Shown here: positions 25,513 through 39,395 of the stretch, piece after piece
Position numbering within the stretch: position 1 is the first letter of the stretch
Layout of the letters: each line of letters opens with the position of its first letter
Made by a program: the position numbers and the translations under genes
NCBI GenBank assembly: GCA_965649825.1
Contig: OZ287696.1
Span: forward strand, 1,336,081 to 1,400,080
Reading direction: 5' to 3'
Source: Penicillus capitatus
Taxonomy: Eukaryota; Plantae; Chlorophyta
DNA length: 64,000 nucleotides
The notes under the pieces: generated by a model
The model's input: only the letters and a program-made list of their open reading frames with translations
Database searches by the model: none
Told to the model about the DNA's origin: nothing

Positions 25513-26564
25513 CTATCGTCCGGGCGGAAAATTCTCGTCCTCCATTTCCCTGTTGAAGATGAAAGTGCCTCCGAGATCGAGCGGCCGACCGATGAGCATG
25601 TCCTCGTCCAAATACGTCAGGAGATAGCCACTTGTGGTTCCACGCGTCAGCGGCACGGACAAAGAAAACTGCCAGAAAAGAGCGTCTGAGATTGTCGTGG
25701 TGTCTGTGCGAAGAGTCATTCACCTCTCGGATCGCCAGAAGAAGCTGGTGGTTAGCGCCTGTCCTGGGCAGGAAGGCAGGAGCCAGAAGAGACTCGACCA
25801 GAGGAGAGATCTGAACGTCATCCAGCGAGGCGGAATAGAACTTCAAAGCGATGCGCTGACTGCTTGTGACTTCGTAGCTAGGAGACACAACATCTCGGAT
25901 TCTTAAAACACAAGGCAGTGTTGGATAACCGAACCTGGAGTTGACGGTAAGAGTGAGACCCTCGTTCTCCAAGATGTTGTCGAATCCGATCTTGATAACG
26001 TTCTGCACACTCCCTTCGTCGGCAGACGAGAACTGTTGGAAGATTGAACCGATTCTCAGCGGCCATGGCAGGCCTTCCAAGAAAGGTGGTTTGCTCAGAT
26101 ACAGAAGCGGTATCTACAGACACAGCTCAGCTCAGCAGGAGGTTGGGGATCGCAGGAAACGCACCACGTCTCGAGTGTTCGTGTAGATCAGTCGCCAACG
26201 TCCGGGCAGCTTTGCATAGTCGACTTCTATCGGACTCAGCCCTTCGAGCATGACCTGCGAGGTGTGAATGCACCGCGAGACCGAGCGATGCTGAACCTGG
26301 GCCTCTTCGATTTCGCCCCGGAGGGAGGACGACGTGCTGCGTCCGCGATCTGCTCGGGAACAGAGTTGACGCAGCACTGTTTTGGCCGTCGTCGTGCCTG
26401 CGTTCGGCAGAACGGTCAGTGCTCCCGACAAGGCCGATCGCGAAGAGTCGACCTTCGCTGGCGGAGACGCCATGAGGTCGATGGCTTTGTCTCTGACGCC
26501 GACGGCGAGGAAAGGTCGAGAGGCGCTCGGCGAGATAGCAGGAGCGAAACCGCGACGTCGTCAT
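25513..26564 (-). CDS. Plastid lipid-associated (PAP)/fibrillin family protein, copy A
   Basis: Transit-like N-terminus, AKTVLRQLCSRADRG, LPGRWRLIYT, TYLDEDMLIGR...GGTFIF. Confidence 0.85.
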
Positions 26565-26654
26565 TACGGCTGAAGATCATCGTCATTCCAGACAGGACCG
26601 CGATTGACCTGGTGTGCCGAGATTTCTGCGCCGACGACTGGATCGATATCGTCG

Positions 26655-29600
26655 ATGGACGACGCATCCTCCCTTGTCACGAAGCTCAAGGTCACTGCTC
26701 CGATCGCGGAGAGATCTTCGCTCTTCATGCATTGGCTGCCCTTTTGACAGGAATGCCTAAACCAGAAAGCCGAACAGTTCAGCAGAGTCTCTCGCGCAAA
26801 GAGAAGGGGAAGGTGACTGACATCGGGTTGTGTTCAGGTGATTCTGCAGTTGAATGAAAAGGGAGAGGATCTTGTTGAAGAACATGAAGAGGAGGATCCA
26901 TCCGAAATTGAGAGCCTCCTTCTTCGGACAGCAGACGCAATCAACCAGTTCAAATCGCGTTTGGAAGACGAGAGAGATCGAACTGCAGTCGAAGAAGCGA
27001 AGCAGGCGCGTCGTCTGCTCGGATCGATGACTCGTCATATCCATCCATTACAACTCGTGACAGGTGTGCGACGAGAAACTCAGAAAGAGAGAGGAGGAAT
27101 TCGAAATGAAGGCGGCAGAGGCCGAAAGCAGGATGGCGGAATCTCAGGCCGAGATCCGAGAGAAAGACATCGTCCTCCAGCAGTGCAGGAAAGAAATGCA
27201 CGAGCTGAGAGCCTCCCGGCAGCGAGAGATTAAGGTCTGTGCAACTGAACGGAGACATGGAGGTTGTGGACGATGGATGTCATTGGAGATGCACGAAGAG
27301 CGTTTGAGATGTCTCGAAGACGAACAGTCGGAGGCGCTGGAAGAGGCACGGATGGAACACGACTTGCTGGTGCATGAGCGAGACGACAGCGACAAGAGCC
27401 TGAGACGCGCGAGACAGCAGCAGAGAATGTGCTTGACGCAGCTTCTGGGACGCGTTGTCGGAATGGAGCGACACGTCGACAACATTGCGCAGTCTGTGCT
27501 AAAGCATGTCGACACGACAGAGAAAGCGCAGAAACAGCGCTTCCGTGAACGACAGGTCAGGACTCGTCGTTCAACGCCCTGCTGCCAGGCAAACAGCGTT
27601 TTCGCGTCTGCAAGAACGAACACGAGTGTTTGGTCGGTGCGACGACTCTCTTCGAAAGGATGGCGAGAGAAGGATTCTCCGAAACGAGGTCGTTGTACGA
27701 TCGCTTGGGGGAACTGCATCGCACCCACGACAGAACCTCGGCAGCGCTGTCGGAATTGGAAGAGTGCCTCTCTGACGTGACGGCGCAATTGACAGAGTCA
27801 TCGAGATCAGACAGAAATGGCGCGGCACTTGGAATGCTGGTGATGCTGTAGAAAGGAGGAAGAAGCGCAGAACGAGAAAAACGCGCGGAGTCTGAAGTTG
27901 CGAGATGTTCGCATCCAACACAAGGAAGAAGTAGACGTCCACGACAACGACAAGACACTGGCTGTGCCTGCATGAAAACAGGTCTGTAAGCTGACGGAGC
28001 AGCTAGAAACGTCGAAGGAAAGAGAAGAGGATCTGAAGAAAACGGCCGAGCTCAGCAAGAAAGACATGTGAATGTCGCAGCCGAGGAGGATCGGATGGCG
28101 CAACGATGCGCTGTGTCAGGGAGACGAAGCTGAATGCATGCGAGGCTCGGCAGAAAGGCCTACAGGAGAAGCTGAAAGACGCAGAAGAAGCACTGCGACT
28201 TGCGGAAGCAGCGAAGAATGCGGCTTTGGGCGAAATGGATACTTCGAAAGTAAGTCGCCTTGCCTGCTGCTGTGTGTGCGACGCGCGTTACACGAACAGG
28301 GCGAGAAACTGCTGTTGCTGAAAAGACTGGACGATTGCGAGAAGAGAATACAAGAGTACGGCTTTCTCTCCCTCGCAGCGAAAGAAGCGAGAGCTTGACA
28401 GAGGAGCGAAGCAACTGGCGACGGAACGACAGAAAAACGAGCAATCGCTGCTGAGGAGCCAACAGATGAGAACTCAAGAAAAAGAGCAGGAGAAGAGAGA
28501 CAAGGACAAATTGATGGCGGTCTTGACGGAGGTCGTGCGACGGCTCAAGATCTATCGGACAGCTGCAACGATGTGGTGTTCAGGAAAGGGCAGCCAGAAC
28601 AAACGCACATCAGCTCCACGAACGTGACCAAAAGGAACTTGGACGGCAAGTGACCTTACTTCGACGGGAGATCGAGGAACGGACAAGGAAACACGAACAG
28701 TCCTTGCTCGAAACTGAACAGGCAGGCACCGATCGTCATGGATTTTGGAACGTGTTGCCTGTGCTTTTCGCAGGAATGCCAGCACAAGATCGAAGGATTG
28801 AAGACGCAGTTGTCCGAAAGGGACGGGGAGATTGGGAGACTTAGAACCAAGCATGCCGTTCAGCAAGAAAGGCACAGTCGAGAACTGAGGGAGTCGGAAG
28901 GGAGACTGGAAGGGAAAGAGAGCGCGATGCGCGATGAACAGAGGCGCAGTGAAGAAATGGTAAGATATCGCATTCGACAAGTAAACAGTAGGCTTCTCCT
29001 TCTGTCAGATCGCGTCCAGAGACAGAGAGACGGCACGCCTCACGCAGCAGATACGCTGTCGAGAGGAGCAGATTCTGTGTGCGAACGACAGGGAGGAGGA
29101 GCTCAAGAGATGCCACGAAGATTCTGTGCGGCAATGCAGGCAGTACTTTCTCGCCCAATCAGACGGCGTTAGACATCTCAAGGACCTGCTGGAACAGAGC
29201 CGACAGAACAGCGAAAGTCGCTCCCCTGTGGACAACGACAGACTCGTGCTGTTGTTGTGCGTAGAGTGCATAAAGAGCTGCTCAAGACAGGTTTCCGACC
29301 TCCTGGACGATGTCCACTGCTGCGTGGATATCGGAAGAGATGAGGGAAGGGAGGTGAAGGACGTTTTGCTCGGGGCACTGCGAGACCACAAAGGTCGCAC
29401 GAGGTCTGCTACGGAAGAGGCCAGAAAAGCATTCCGCGCAGAAAGGCTTCAAACGGAATCGAAGTGGGCGGCGATCCTCCAAAGGAAAGCGCTCGAACAC
29501 CAGAGGGAAATGACGGAGCTGAAAACACAGCACAGGACAAACGTCGCCTCTCTGCAGAAACTCTTGGATTCGACCTTCGCACAGAAGCTTCGAGCGTTGG

Positions 29601-30901
29601 AGCAAACGCACGAGGCGGCGATCGAAAAGGCGCTTGACGAAAAGAACAATTCGATGGAGAGCTGCAGGTCGCAACTGGAGCACTGGATGACGGAAAAGGA
29701 AGCCGAATTCGCGCGGTCGTTCGAGCGGGCACAAGAACGGCTGAGACAGAACCTGGAAACGCGAGACAGGCAGCGGACGATGGAGAAAGAGTGACATGCC
29801 ACCCCTTCAGGCGTCGCATGAAAATCGCTGTGTCCTGCAGAGAGGAGTGGAACTCACTCGTGGCGAAGGAGCGACAGATGAGAGCCCGAGAAATCCGTTC
29901 CCTCCAGGAGCTCTACCAACAGAGAATACTGGATCTGAACAGTGCCCATGAGACCGAGTGCAGAAGGATGGAAGAACGGTTCTTGAGCGAGCGGTATGAA
30001 ACTCGCAGAGTCCATGCCGCCGAGCTGCAGAGGGTCGAGAGCGACCGCGGCGAAGAGCGGAGTCAGTGGACCGCCCTTGTCCAACAGGAGCGCGAAAGAT
30101 CCCAAAGGGCCTGCAGAGAACAACTCGAACGCGTCGCCCTCAGGACAAGCGCACTCGAAGAGCGCTGCTCGCAAGGAAGACAAGAGTGTGAAGCATTCAT
30201 GAAGCGATGCGCGTCCCTGGAGGTTTCTGTCGAAGAGAGGGCGATGCATTTCGAGAAGCTTCTCGATGCGCTTGCACAGCAAGCGGTGCAGATCAGAGAA
30301 GTAAGCCCCCCAAGAATGACGATTCTCGCGCACGTCTCCGGCAGGCTCACGAACGAGAACGCGACGCGTTGAGAGAGGCTTGCGAATCGGATGTGCGAGA
30401 CGCGCGAGAGGCCGGCGAAGAGTCGGCGAAGGCGAGCGAAGTCCGCATCGCGGCGGCAGAGGCAGAGATCGTCGAACTGCAGAGATCTCTCGCACGGCTC
30501 AGGGAGCGTTTCGAGCAGCGGGAGTCTCGAGACGAAGATGTTCAGGAAATCGCAACCCTGCGGGAAAACAAGAACAGAATGGAGAGGGAACTCAGAGACG
30601 CGGAAGATGCGTTAGTTCAGCTGCGGCGACAGATGCTTCTGAGGGAAGAGAACTACAACAGGCACTTCAAGAACGGCGGTGCGGGACATCGCGTCCTCGA
30701 CGTCGGCGGCGCGCTCGCCTCGGCAAAGAAAGTGACAGCATGGATGGCCCATGCATCGAACAAGCGTTTTGCTCAATCAAAGCAACGTCAATGAAATCTC
30801 CGACTTTGATCAGTTCCCGTTCCGTCGACACCGATGCGTCGTGCGGGAGTACGCGTCACGCACAGCTATCGTTCGAGACGGCGTGTCCTTTTGAACACTG
30901 A
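26655..30901 (+). CDS. FAM184-like long coiled-coil protein, copy A, many exons; 3' end approximate
   Basis: Spliced N-terminus FSRVILQLNEK...HEEE..EIESLLLRTADAINQFKSRL and C-terminal QMLLREENYNRHF resemble the FAM184 N- and C-terminal motifs as recalled from memory. The body is E/R/Q-rich heptad sequence. Confidence 0.65.
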
Positions 30902-31073
30902 AGCAGGCGTCTTAAACCACTGACGACGACGGCAACTGGCTTGTGCGCTCCGCGCGTCACGTGGAACCACGGAATGAGCAGTTTGGCCCATTGCCGACGG
31001 CTTTGATCGTTTTGACACGGCGATTGAATCGTTCAATGTGTCGCGCCTAGAGGTCACGTGTCGAGCGAGACGG

Positions 31074-32362
31074 ATGCACGGAAGCGCGCGGTTCGCGCAA
31101 GGTAGCGAAGAAGACGGCGGCGTCATTCAAAAACCGCGCCATTGCTCAAACGAGCTGTTTTTCTGTGTGTTTACCTTACTGTCTCTTTCTGGGACAACGA
31201 CGACGACAGCGTAAAGGGCGACAAGCAAAGACGACGGCCAAGAAACCTACAAAGAAGATCGCAATGGCAATGTCTTCCTTCCAACAGCTTACCTCGTCGA
31301 TGTTCGTGGTCAGAACGCGGAGCGAGGAGAAGGCATGTGCCATCGGTCGCAGCCATCCGCAACCATCAATTGCGTCTCGGCATTCGGTCGCCGAGACACT
31401 GTCGACTGTCTGGCGAGGGAGCCCAAAAAACCAAATCGGAATGCCTGGAAAAGGCCAAGAGAGAGATAGAGCTGTTATAGAGGGAAGAATGCCTCAAAAA
31501 AGACATCACAACAAAGCGTCTAAACGGGCAGATGTGCTTGTGAAGCAAGCAGTTCCCCAAGTAAGAAGTTTTTTATGTACTTTATGTCTTTTGTATTGTT
31601 AGGGAAAAAACCTAAACGGCGGCAGAAATGAGAGACACAGACATGCGAAAGAAATAGCGAAGAAGCTTATCAAAGAATTGGCCGACGTAAGCTAGTTTTT
31701 GGACGAACGAATCTTTTCTTTCGTTTAGATGGAACATCTGGGCAAGCGAACTACCATGAAACCGCCACCTAAGCCACAAACAAAGCCACACATCGGTGGG
31801 ATATCACCATCAACTTCTGCGAATCCTGTCGGAAGGATTTATTCCGCCATTGCTGCATCAAAAGGTGATGAAGCAGTCGAGAAGACAGTACACGTGTCCG
31901 GCTTTAATCCGAGAGCTTCAGAAAACGAACTCAAAGAGGGACTTAAAGAGTTCTTCGCACGGTCGGGGGAAGTAAAAGACGTTGTTGTCATCAAAAGAAA
32001 AAGAATGGTCATTGACTACGCTTTTGTCCAATTCGGAAGCATGGTCACGGAAGTAAGTTGTAATCTTGTTTTTTATTGCTTGATTGTCTATATAGAAACA
32101 AGCCTTGGAGAGTTCCAGAGAACAATTTAGAAGGAACACAGTACTGACGATCCGACAAGCTACACGAAGTCAGTCAGACGACGAAGCCCATTCCGCCACC
32201 ATCGATGCCCCTGTCACGAGGAGATCGACGGAGACCGTGGCGAAAAAATCGATTGATTCTGATCTGACGCGTCTCGCCAGAGAAGCCATCTTGACCGTGC
32301 AAAGAACGGTAGCGGACGGGGAACGTTGGAAAGTCCTTCGCCGCGGTTGCACAGACGCGTAA
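31074..32362 (+). CDS. RRM-domain protein; 5' structure uncertain
   Basis: KTVHVSGF (RNP2) and DYAFVQF (RNP1) in 31729-32055; the next exon KQALESSREQFRRNTVLTIRQA completes the fold. Confidence 0.65.
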
Positions 32363-34540
32363 CGAGAAACGGAAGAGACAGTACAGAGTCGATGCAAGGA
32401 CTACAGGGTGGGTGTTGTCGTGTTTGTCAACGGACAACGGGTTAACGACGAAGGCGTAAGGATTACAAAGACTGTTCGAACAGTAATTGTAAGAATTTAA
32501 GCAATTCTTTGGACAGCTGCACGAAGGTGGACAGCTGACCACTGACAGTGTACAACCAGCTTCATACCCGTGGTGGCCCGCGGCCTGGCGTCATGTCGCG
32601 GAGCTGCGACGTGTCCAGTCAGTGGGCCGAAACTGAGTCAGACCGTCTCATTAGTAACCGTTCCCGTTTTCGATAATAGTGATTGACTATTATCGAGACC
32701 GTGAAATTCCATAGTTTGCAAGCCGCGGTTAGTTTTCCTGTCCCGTTTTTTGTCTTAGTTTGCTTTCAAAGGAATGCACTCGGACGCACCGGCGAACTTT
32801 TCTAGAGAAACTCTTCTACTTTTTTTGAACTCTTTCTTGCCACGCAAAAGAGACTTTGTCTCTCTCGGCGCGACATTTGTTGGATAGTGTCTACTTGCAC
32901 GAATCTTTTGCGAAACGAAAACTTTGACGAGGAAAATGTATTTATAACGTTTTCATTTTGCGGAAGAATCGTGCGATGGAGACGATTCGACGACACGGCG
33001 CCGCCATTACGGTCATGGTTTTCGAAGAACAGGGCCAAGCGGCGATGACATTCTAGAAGTAATGACGCCGCGGAAGAAGATTCTGTACGCCACCGAGACG
33101 TACAAGACGAACATTGAGTCTCTTCCTCTGCGATGTCTTGTGAGTTTTTTCGTCGGAACCGTTAATGCGCGTGATTGCAACAGCCACTGCTAAGGTGTCT
33201 GTGAGATCCAGTAACAGATGTTTAGTTACAGCTATTTCCGGTCCTTTGTGGCGCAAATCCTATTGCGGCTTTTTGTTCGTCCTTGCAGAACAACGCCGCC
33301 AATCATACTATGCTAACTAAGACGGTGAACAGTCGTCGGTGAATTGAAAAGCCGCCATGACGGCTGTCGACGGTCGCAAGGCCAAAATAAATTTTGATCG
33401 AAAAATCCACGGCTGCGATTAACGGCTGACTCGACCGTTACGCGCCATGTCTCAGCTTCCCTCTCGCTGAGCCCTATCAGTCGTCCATTTCATTGCCCGC
33501 GCCTCGTCGAGGGATAGTCTAGACATCACCACTGTCTATTTGTAGATGTCTTTGACCTGACGTCATCACAGCCCCATTTTTTCATCTCAAAATAATTACA
33601 GTTCAAACAGACCCTCTGGAAACCATGAACAAACAATTACATAAGGAATCCCTCAGGTTCCCGCAAAACATCTTTTGACTTTGTGAATAATGAAATAGTC
33701 CCCCAGAGATGATCGATGCTTCTGCAGAGCATCTCTCTTTCCAGTGTCAGTCGACAGAACAGATCTGGTCCGAGATTGTCAATGCTGATGGCTTTATTGA
33801 GGACAGAGCACACTTTATTCGAAAGCTCTTCACAAATCGGGAATAAGTTTAAAGCAAAAACACCTCTAGATATTTCGACAATCGATTCCCTACCATGGCT
33901 GAGTGTTGTATAGAGCACTGGCCTCTATAACACAAGTTTTCTGTGAGCGATGATTCTTCTGCTGGCCAACAGATCTGGATGAGAATTCACGATGTGGTTG
34001 CCGCTGCTCCAATGTCATCGATGGTGTGTCACAACACTCCACAGAAGTATACCGTCTTTTCAGTCGCGTCCGACTATCAGCCAACAACTGAGAGTACTTT
34101 GGCGCCGCCTGCACAGCAATCAGCTCGGTCACATATAAAGTTACAAGAACGACGACAACGATGGTGATGGTGCCGAAAGTCAGCGTTATTTGTCAACTCC
34201 ATCAGGGAGGAGAGAGCCCAAAGCTCTGTGCATCTCGCAAAAAGTGGCAAAATGGAAAGATGAATGACGAAACGACAAAATCACTTACGAACGAATAAAC
34301 TCACTAATAACTGACCAAAGGATTGACGAACGGATAGGCGAATAAGCAAACCAACCAACTAACCGATCGACCGGGACAGAGAGTGTGCATATTTTCGACC
34401 CGACATGCAACACAACGGATACCCGCCCATACAGATTGACAACATGACGTTGTTTCAAGGTGTGTGTGATTGAATTCCGTGATGAGGGAGAAAGGGCAAA
34501 GGGTCGAGAGAATCGCGACAGACAAGCGGTAGCAGATCCC

Positions 34541-35610
34541 TTATCTGTGAGTGGATACCGGGAAGGCCGTGCTGTATCTTCTTCCATGGATGCTTGGCGT
34601 CACTGGACTGTCTCCACTCATGGTGGTGGTGTTGTTTGTGGTAGTGGTGTTCATGAGTATGCCGTTGTTCATGAACGCCGATTGCGCAGCTCCAAAAGCT
34701 TCTGTAAGGATGTTATATGCCAAGGCTGTGTAGTCTCTTAGGCATGCCGTATCCTTATTGAGGGTGTAGAGGATCTTGTACACCTCGGACTCATAGCTCT
34801 GGTATGTCGACTGGGTGCTGTTCTTCTTCTCTTCCTTGTGAAGAAGCTTTTTCAGACTGAGGTCATGGGCAGAGGGAGATCGTAAGGCACCGGAATCGAG
34901 CAAGCCTTTTTGTTTTTCTACGCGTTCTGCAAGGTTGAGCTGTCACATCAGAGAGTGGGAGGTGTGGAGACACCTTTAAGAAATTCGACAGTGCGTCTCC
35001 TGGAGTCAAGCTCCAACCTCAAGCTTTCAAGTTTCTTCATACGTTCCTAAAAAAGAGTGAGATTTGGGAAAGCGCTTTGTGTGTGTGAAGTCGTACAACG
35101 GCGTTATTAAAGGCATCAAGCCAGCTTCGCAGCGGCTCCATGACCTCCTCTTCCATCTTTTGCCGTACGATTTGAATCGCAACGGAAAAGCGATCCAACT
35201 TCACATTCTGTCCAATCATTTGAGGATCAGGGTCTTCGGGCACAGCTTGGCCGGTTGGAGAGAAATCAAATGTACATGGCAACGAACAAAGCATGATATT
35301 GCGGGTATCGACCATCATATCTACAGACACAGACGACGTTTCAGATACCACCAATTCGTTGATGTGACATGCCTTCGGCTCCGTGTTGCAGCTTTTTAAT
35401 GTTCGATTCCATGCGGCGTAAGTGAACAGCGAACTGAGCCGCCTCTTCAAACATCATCTCACAACGACGATTCGACGTTGCCAAAAACGACGCTTTTGTC
35501 AAATGTAGCCGTTGCTTCACCTAAACTTCATACCGCAGTCACAGCGTGTGTTGGATAGAGAGGACGTCACAAACGACCCGCTCATTAAGACGACGCCAAC
35601 GAATTCCCAT
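34541..35610 (-). CDS. BAR/AH-like helical protein; 3' end uncertain
   Basis: MGIRWRRLNER start, KMEEEVMEPLRSWL, LRLELDSRRRTV, and long amphipathic helices typical of green-algal BAR-like proteins. Confidence 0.55.
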
Positions 35611-35793
35611 TGCGTATGCTTGCAGTGCGACGAATTAATCGACCAAACGGTCTGTGGTAAGAAAAAACGGACGGACAGGTCAAACGTCAGCGGTGCTAAA
35701 ATGAACACGATGTGACGTTCGTTGCCCATCATTCTCAGCAACGACGAGAACGAAAACGCGATTGTATACGCCACCGAAGAAAAAACGGACGTG

Positions 35794-38414
35794 ATGACGA
35801 GTGGTTGGCGGTATAGTGTTCAAATCCCGGATTTTACAAAGGAAGAACGCCATGGCGAAGAAATCGTTGTGGTGAGGATTCGATATGAGTCGGACTCAGT
35901 TACGAGGAAGTCGCTGTATGTGTGTGCAGTACTATCAAGTGGATGTCCTCGTTCAGGCGCCCGGAGCAACGGAACCTGCGCCGCCGACAACCGTATGGCG
36001 GCGGTACTCAGAATTTCGACAACTCCATACCAACGTAGGTTCCCCTTTTCATCATACAGACAGTTCCCTCCTACTAACATTGTATGCTGTCAGTTGAAAG
36101 GGGCCTACCCTGAGCTTTTCAAGAAAAAAGAAATGGAGCCGCCTTCGAAACGCTCTTTGCGTTTTGTCAACAACAACGATCGTTTGCTGCACGAGAGGAG
36201 ACAGCAACTCGAAGTCTGGCTGTGGAATATGTTGAAATCCAATGAGATTTCCCACAGCCGTTTTATGAAAGCGTTCCTTCAACTCAATCTGGCCGTAAGG
36301 GGAGCCACGACATCAAGCGCCGTGCTGTTGTCGCAAAGCAACGGTCGAGAAGATGAAGTGCAACCTGACACCTCGAGCGATCTGTCGGCACCGAGTGGGA
36401 TCACGAATATGAGCCAGAGTTTTAATGGCGTTCACACTCCGGGGACAGCGAAATATTCAGTGAGCGATCGATCTTGAAAAGTGTGATATTAGCAAAAGTG
36501 TGATGACAGATGAGAACGGAATCAATGGATGCCTATCGGATGGGACTACGTGTCGGCCAAAGACGCGAGTTAAAACATCTTATGACGACCATATCAAAAT
36601 CCTTGGAAAGGGTTCGTATGCTCCGAAACGTACGCGCTCACTCTAATCAATGCCAAAATGTTATCTAGGCGAATCAAGAAACACACGACGTTCGTGGGGA
36701 GAACCAAAATTTACAGCAAGAGAATCGATCTTTAGAAGAACAGGTCACATCACTCAACCGAATAATTAAGGATGGACAACTGAGCCAGGTTCGTTTCATC
36801 GCCGTCGCATCTCACTCTTTCTCACTTTGTGGTCAGGATGAACGTTACGAAGAGATTTGTCGGACACTTGAAGAGAAGGAGATGTCTCTTAAGAAAACGG
36901 TTGAGACGGTGCATCGTTTGGAGTCGGCGATAAATGAATCGCAGAAACAGTGTGTCGTGATGGAGGCCGAAATGCGTTCCGTGAGACAAGAAGGAGCGTC
37001 CGAAATCGAAACAAAGACGGTTGAGATTGGCGTTCTGGAGAAGAAGCTCCAGGCGCAAGCAGTAGGGAATGCCAAACTGGAGAAAGAGATGCAAGAGGCC
37101 AAACATAAGGCACGTCAAGATCATCGATTGTTGGCAGAAGCTGTCAAGGCCTTGAGACAAGAACGAAATGTGCAACTTGAGAAGATCAAAGAGCAAGAAA
37201 CGAAGCTCAGGGAGATTCAGAATCTGTCGAAACAGTTGGAAGATGCCGAAGAACAAAGGAAAGAACACATCCAAAGAATCGAAGCATTGGAGGACGAACA
37301 GAAAGCATCAACGACGGTTTGGGAGCAGAAGTTGTTAAAGGCGCAGCAGGAATCTCAGTTGGCTTTGTGTCATCTCAAGGAAAGGCATTTTGAAGAAACC
37401 ACTGCCTTGAAGGACATCATCGAGGAAATGGAAAAGGCCCTTGCAGATGAACGAAACGCTTATGCTGTCGTGCGAGATGAAAAGGAGTCTCTGGAAAGAC
37501 AGAGAGGACGAGATGATGTGACAGGCGAGGATGTTCGGTTAGTCATTAATGTGTCAGCTCCAGCGGTGGATGGCTCTCAAGAGGAGAACGCAAAACTGAA
37601 AGAGGAGCTTCAGAGATTGCGATCGGAAAACATTGAACTGAAGGAAACCGTAAAGAACGTCCTTGCCGAGAACGCATCTCTCAAAGCATCCGCCTGCGAA
37701 ACAGCAAACGACGTTTCGCAATCGGGAAAAGAGGTGGCGAATCTCGATGGCCTGATGCTGACCATCCAACAACTCCAAGAAGAGAAAAAAGCTCTTCTGG
37801 AAGCAAACCAGACCGCCGATTTTGATGTGACGTCTATGAAAACGTTCTCCGACTGGGCAGAGAACATATGTCGTGAATTGCATGACTGTTCGTCCTCGGT
37901 AGCAGATATGGATGGTACATACAGCGCGGAGGAAGCCAACGCGATGATCGAGAAAGTCGCCAACAGTAATGGCAGACTACAGTTGTTGACTGCTCAAGTG
38001 GAAGACATGAAGGCATCGTTTCCTCGAGACCAACCCTCAGTGGACCACCCCCTGTTTTCATCCATGACACATATCCTGTCAGATTTCATTCAGAAATGCA
38101 AGGAAATTAATGAAATGAAAATTGATGCATTCCTGTCTCGCACCGCTGAGCCACTTCCTGTCGCCTCGGATGAATCCGCCAAGCCGCAGGGATCGACACA
38201 GAAACGGACCCCTTCACGGAATACCGATTCAAATGTATCCGAAGAAGGGATGGCATCAGGGACGCCATCTGTAAAGATGTTTCTGGGTGGTATTGGAGCC
38301 AAGATGAGTCAAAGTTCACAGGGATTCATGAACTTCATGCAAAGAGGAGCTACTGCCAACCTTCCCCCCGAAGCAGAGCCCGTTTCACTAGTCCGTCGTT
38401 CGCCGCAGCCTTGA
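35794..38414 (+). CDS. PX (Phox) domain plus long coiled-coil protein, EREX/EREL-like
   Basis: SGWRYSVQIPDF, VWRRYSEFRQLH, LLHERRQQLEVWL; spliced into the 510-aa coiled-coil ORF 36882-38414. Confidence 0.8.
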
Positions 38415-38682
38415 CGTGGTGTCATCGAGGTCGTGGCGGATGGTAATGGACAATGCCATTTTCATTCTTGGCGAGGCTACGAGTTGATGGGGTGTGATTT
38501 GTCGTTCACATGCTTTCCAATCGGCTGCATGTCTTGTTCTCTTAGACAACCATGTTTTCTTCTTGTACTATCTCTGAGGTCACTATCATTTCTGTTAAAT
38601 CACATTTTCAGATCAGGAGACCGTCTCTCACACAACGTCCCACCCACATACGAAATCAGTTTTGTCAGTTCTCTACAGAAGT

Positions 38683-39270
38683 CTAACGGCCAAGCGTATA
38701 AGGCTGTCCGCGATACTGTACAGAAGAGTGAGATATGAAAGAGTGACATCGATATAACCTTGATTTCGCGCGCCTCCTGACAGACAGCACAGGGAAAGCA
38801 ACACATGTGAACAAAGCAATCCCCGCATGGCTCGGCCTTTAGGTGGTACTTCTGTCTCAAGTCGCGTCGGAAGAGTCCGCCAATACCTGCGGGACTATCG
38901 GTACCAAATGGTGTGGTCTTTGACGCTTACAGCAATTGAAGGGGAAACAGGCAGTATAGAGGCAGCACGTCAACAGGCATTCTCCGCCATTGTCTTTGCT
39001 TTTGGCATAGAACAGACCTGTGTTCTCGCCGAACTGACAAGGCAAACAGCAGAAGCCCCACACACCTGGGCAGTACGGTATACTACTGTTAGGAACATGA
39101 AAGGGCAAAAGAGAGTGAGTACAGATGCCGGCGTCGTTTAGACAATCGCAGAGGCCGGAGTGCCAATCCGTCGGCGGCTGGTATCCAGCAGCGCCTTGAC
39201 GTGGGGAGGAGGATTCGTTTTCTGAACCTGTTTGCATTTTTATAAAACTCTGACGTCCCGATAACGCCAT
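38683..39270 (-). CDS. PLAC8 family Cys-rich protein
   Basis: WHSGLCDC, CCLPCQFGEN, RQKYHLKAEPCGDCFVHMCCFPCAVCQEAREIK. Confidence 0.92.
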
Positions 39271-39395
39271 CCCGACGGTCTTGTTCGAAATGATATCGAC
39301 AATGTTGTTGTACAAAGATTGTTGTTGGACTCGGCAAGTAATCATTCATTTGTTCTTCTCGGCCATACAAACAACGCATCTATCTTCAACTGAGT

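Larger units (their letters stand above)
25297..31900. repeat. Inverted segmental duplication, copy A (~6.6 kb)
   Basis: Reverse complement of 51923-58514. Spot checks give ~95-98% identity, falling near the inner end. Confidence 0.97.

Noticed and set aside
26813-26837. Apparent 25-nt ultra-short intron in the FAM184-like gene
   Set aside because: An upstream GTCTCT donor gives a 51-nt intron and a better FAM184-like N-terminus.
33380-33410. AATTTTGA as the Sm site of an snRNA
   Set aside because: No recognisable U1/U2/U4/U5 sequence surrounds it.
35818-35832. GTTCAAATCCCGG resembling a tRNA T-arm
   Set aside because: It lies in the first coding exon of the PX gene (SVQIPD) and no cloverleaf can be formed.
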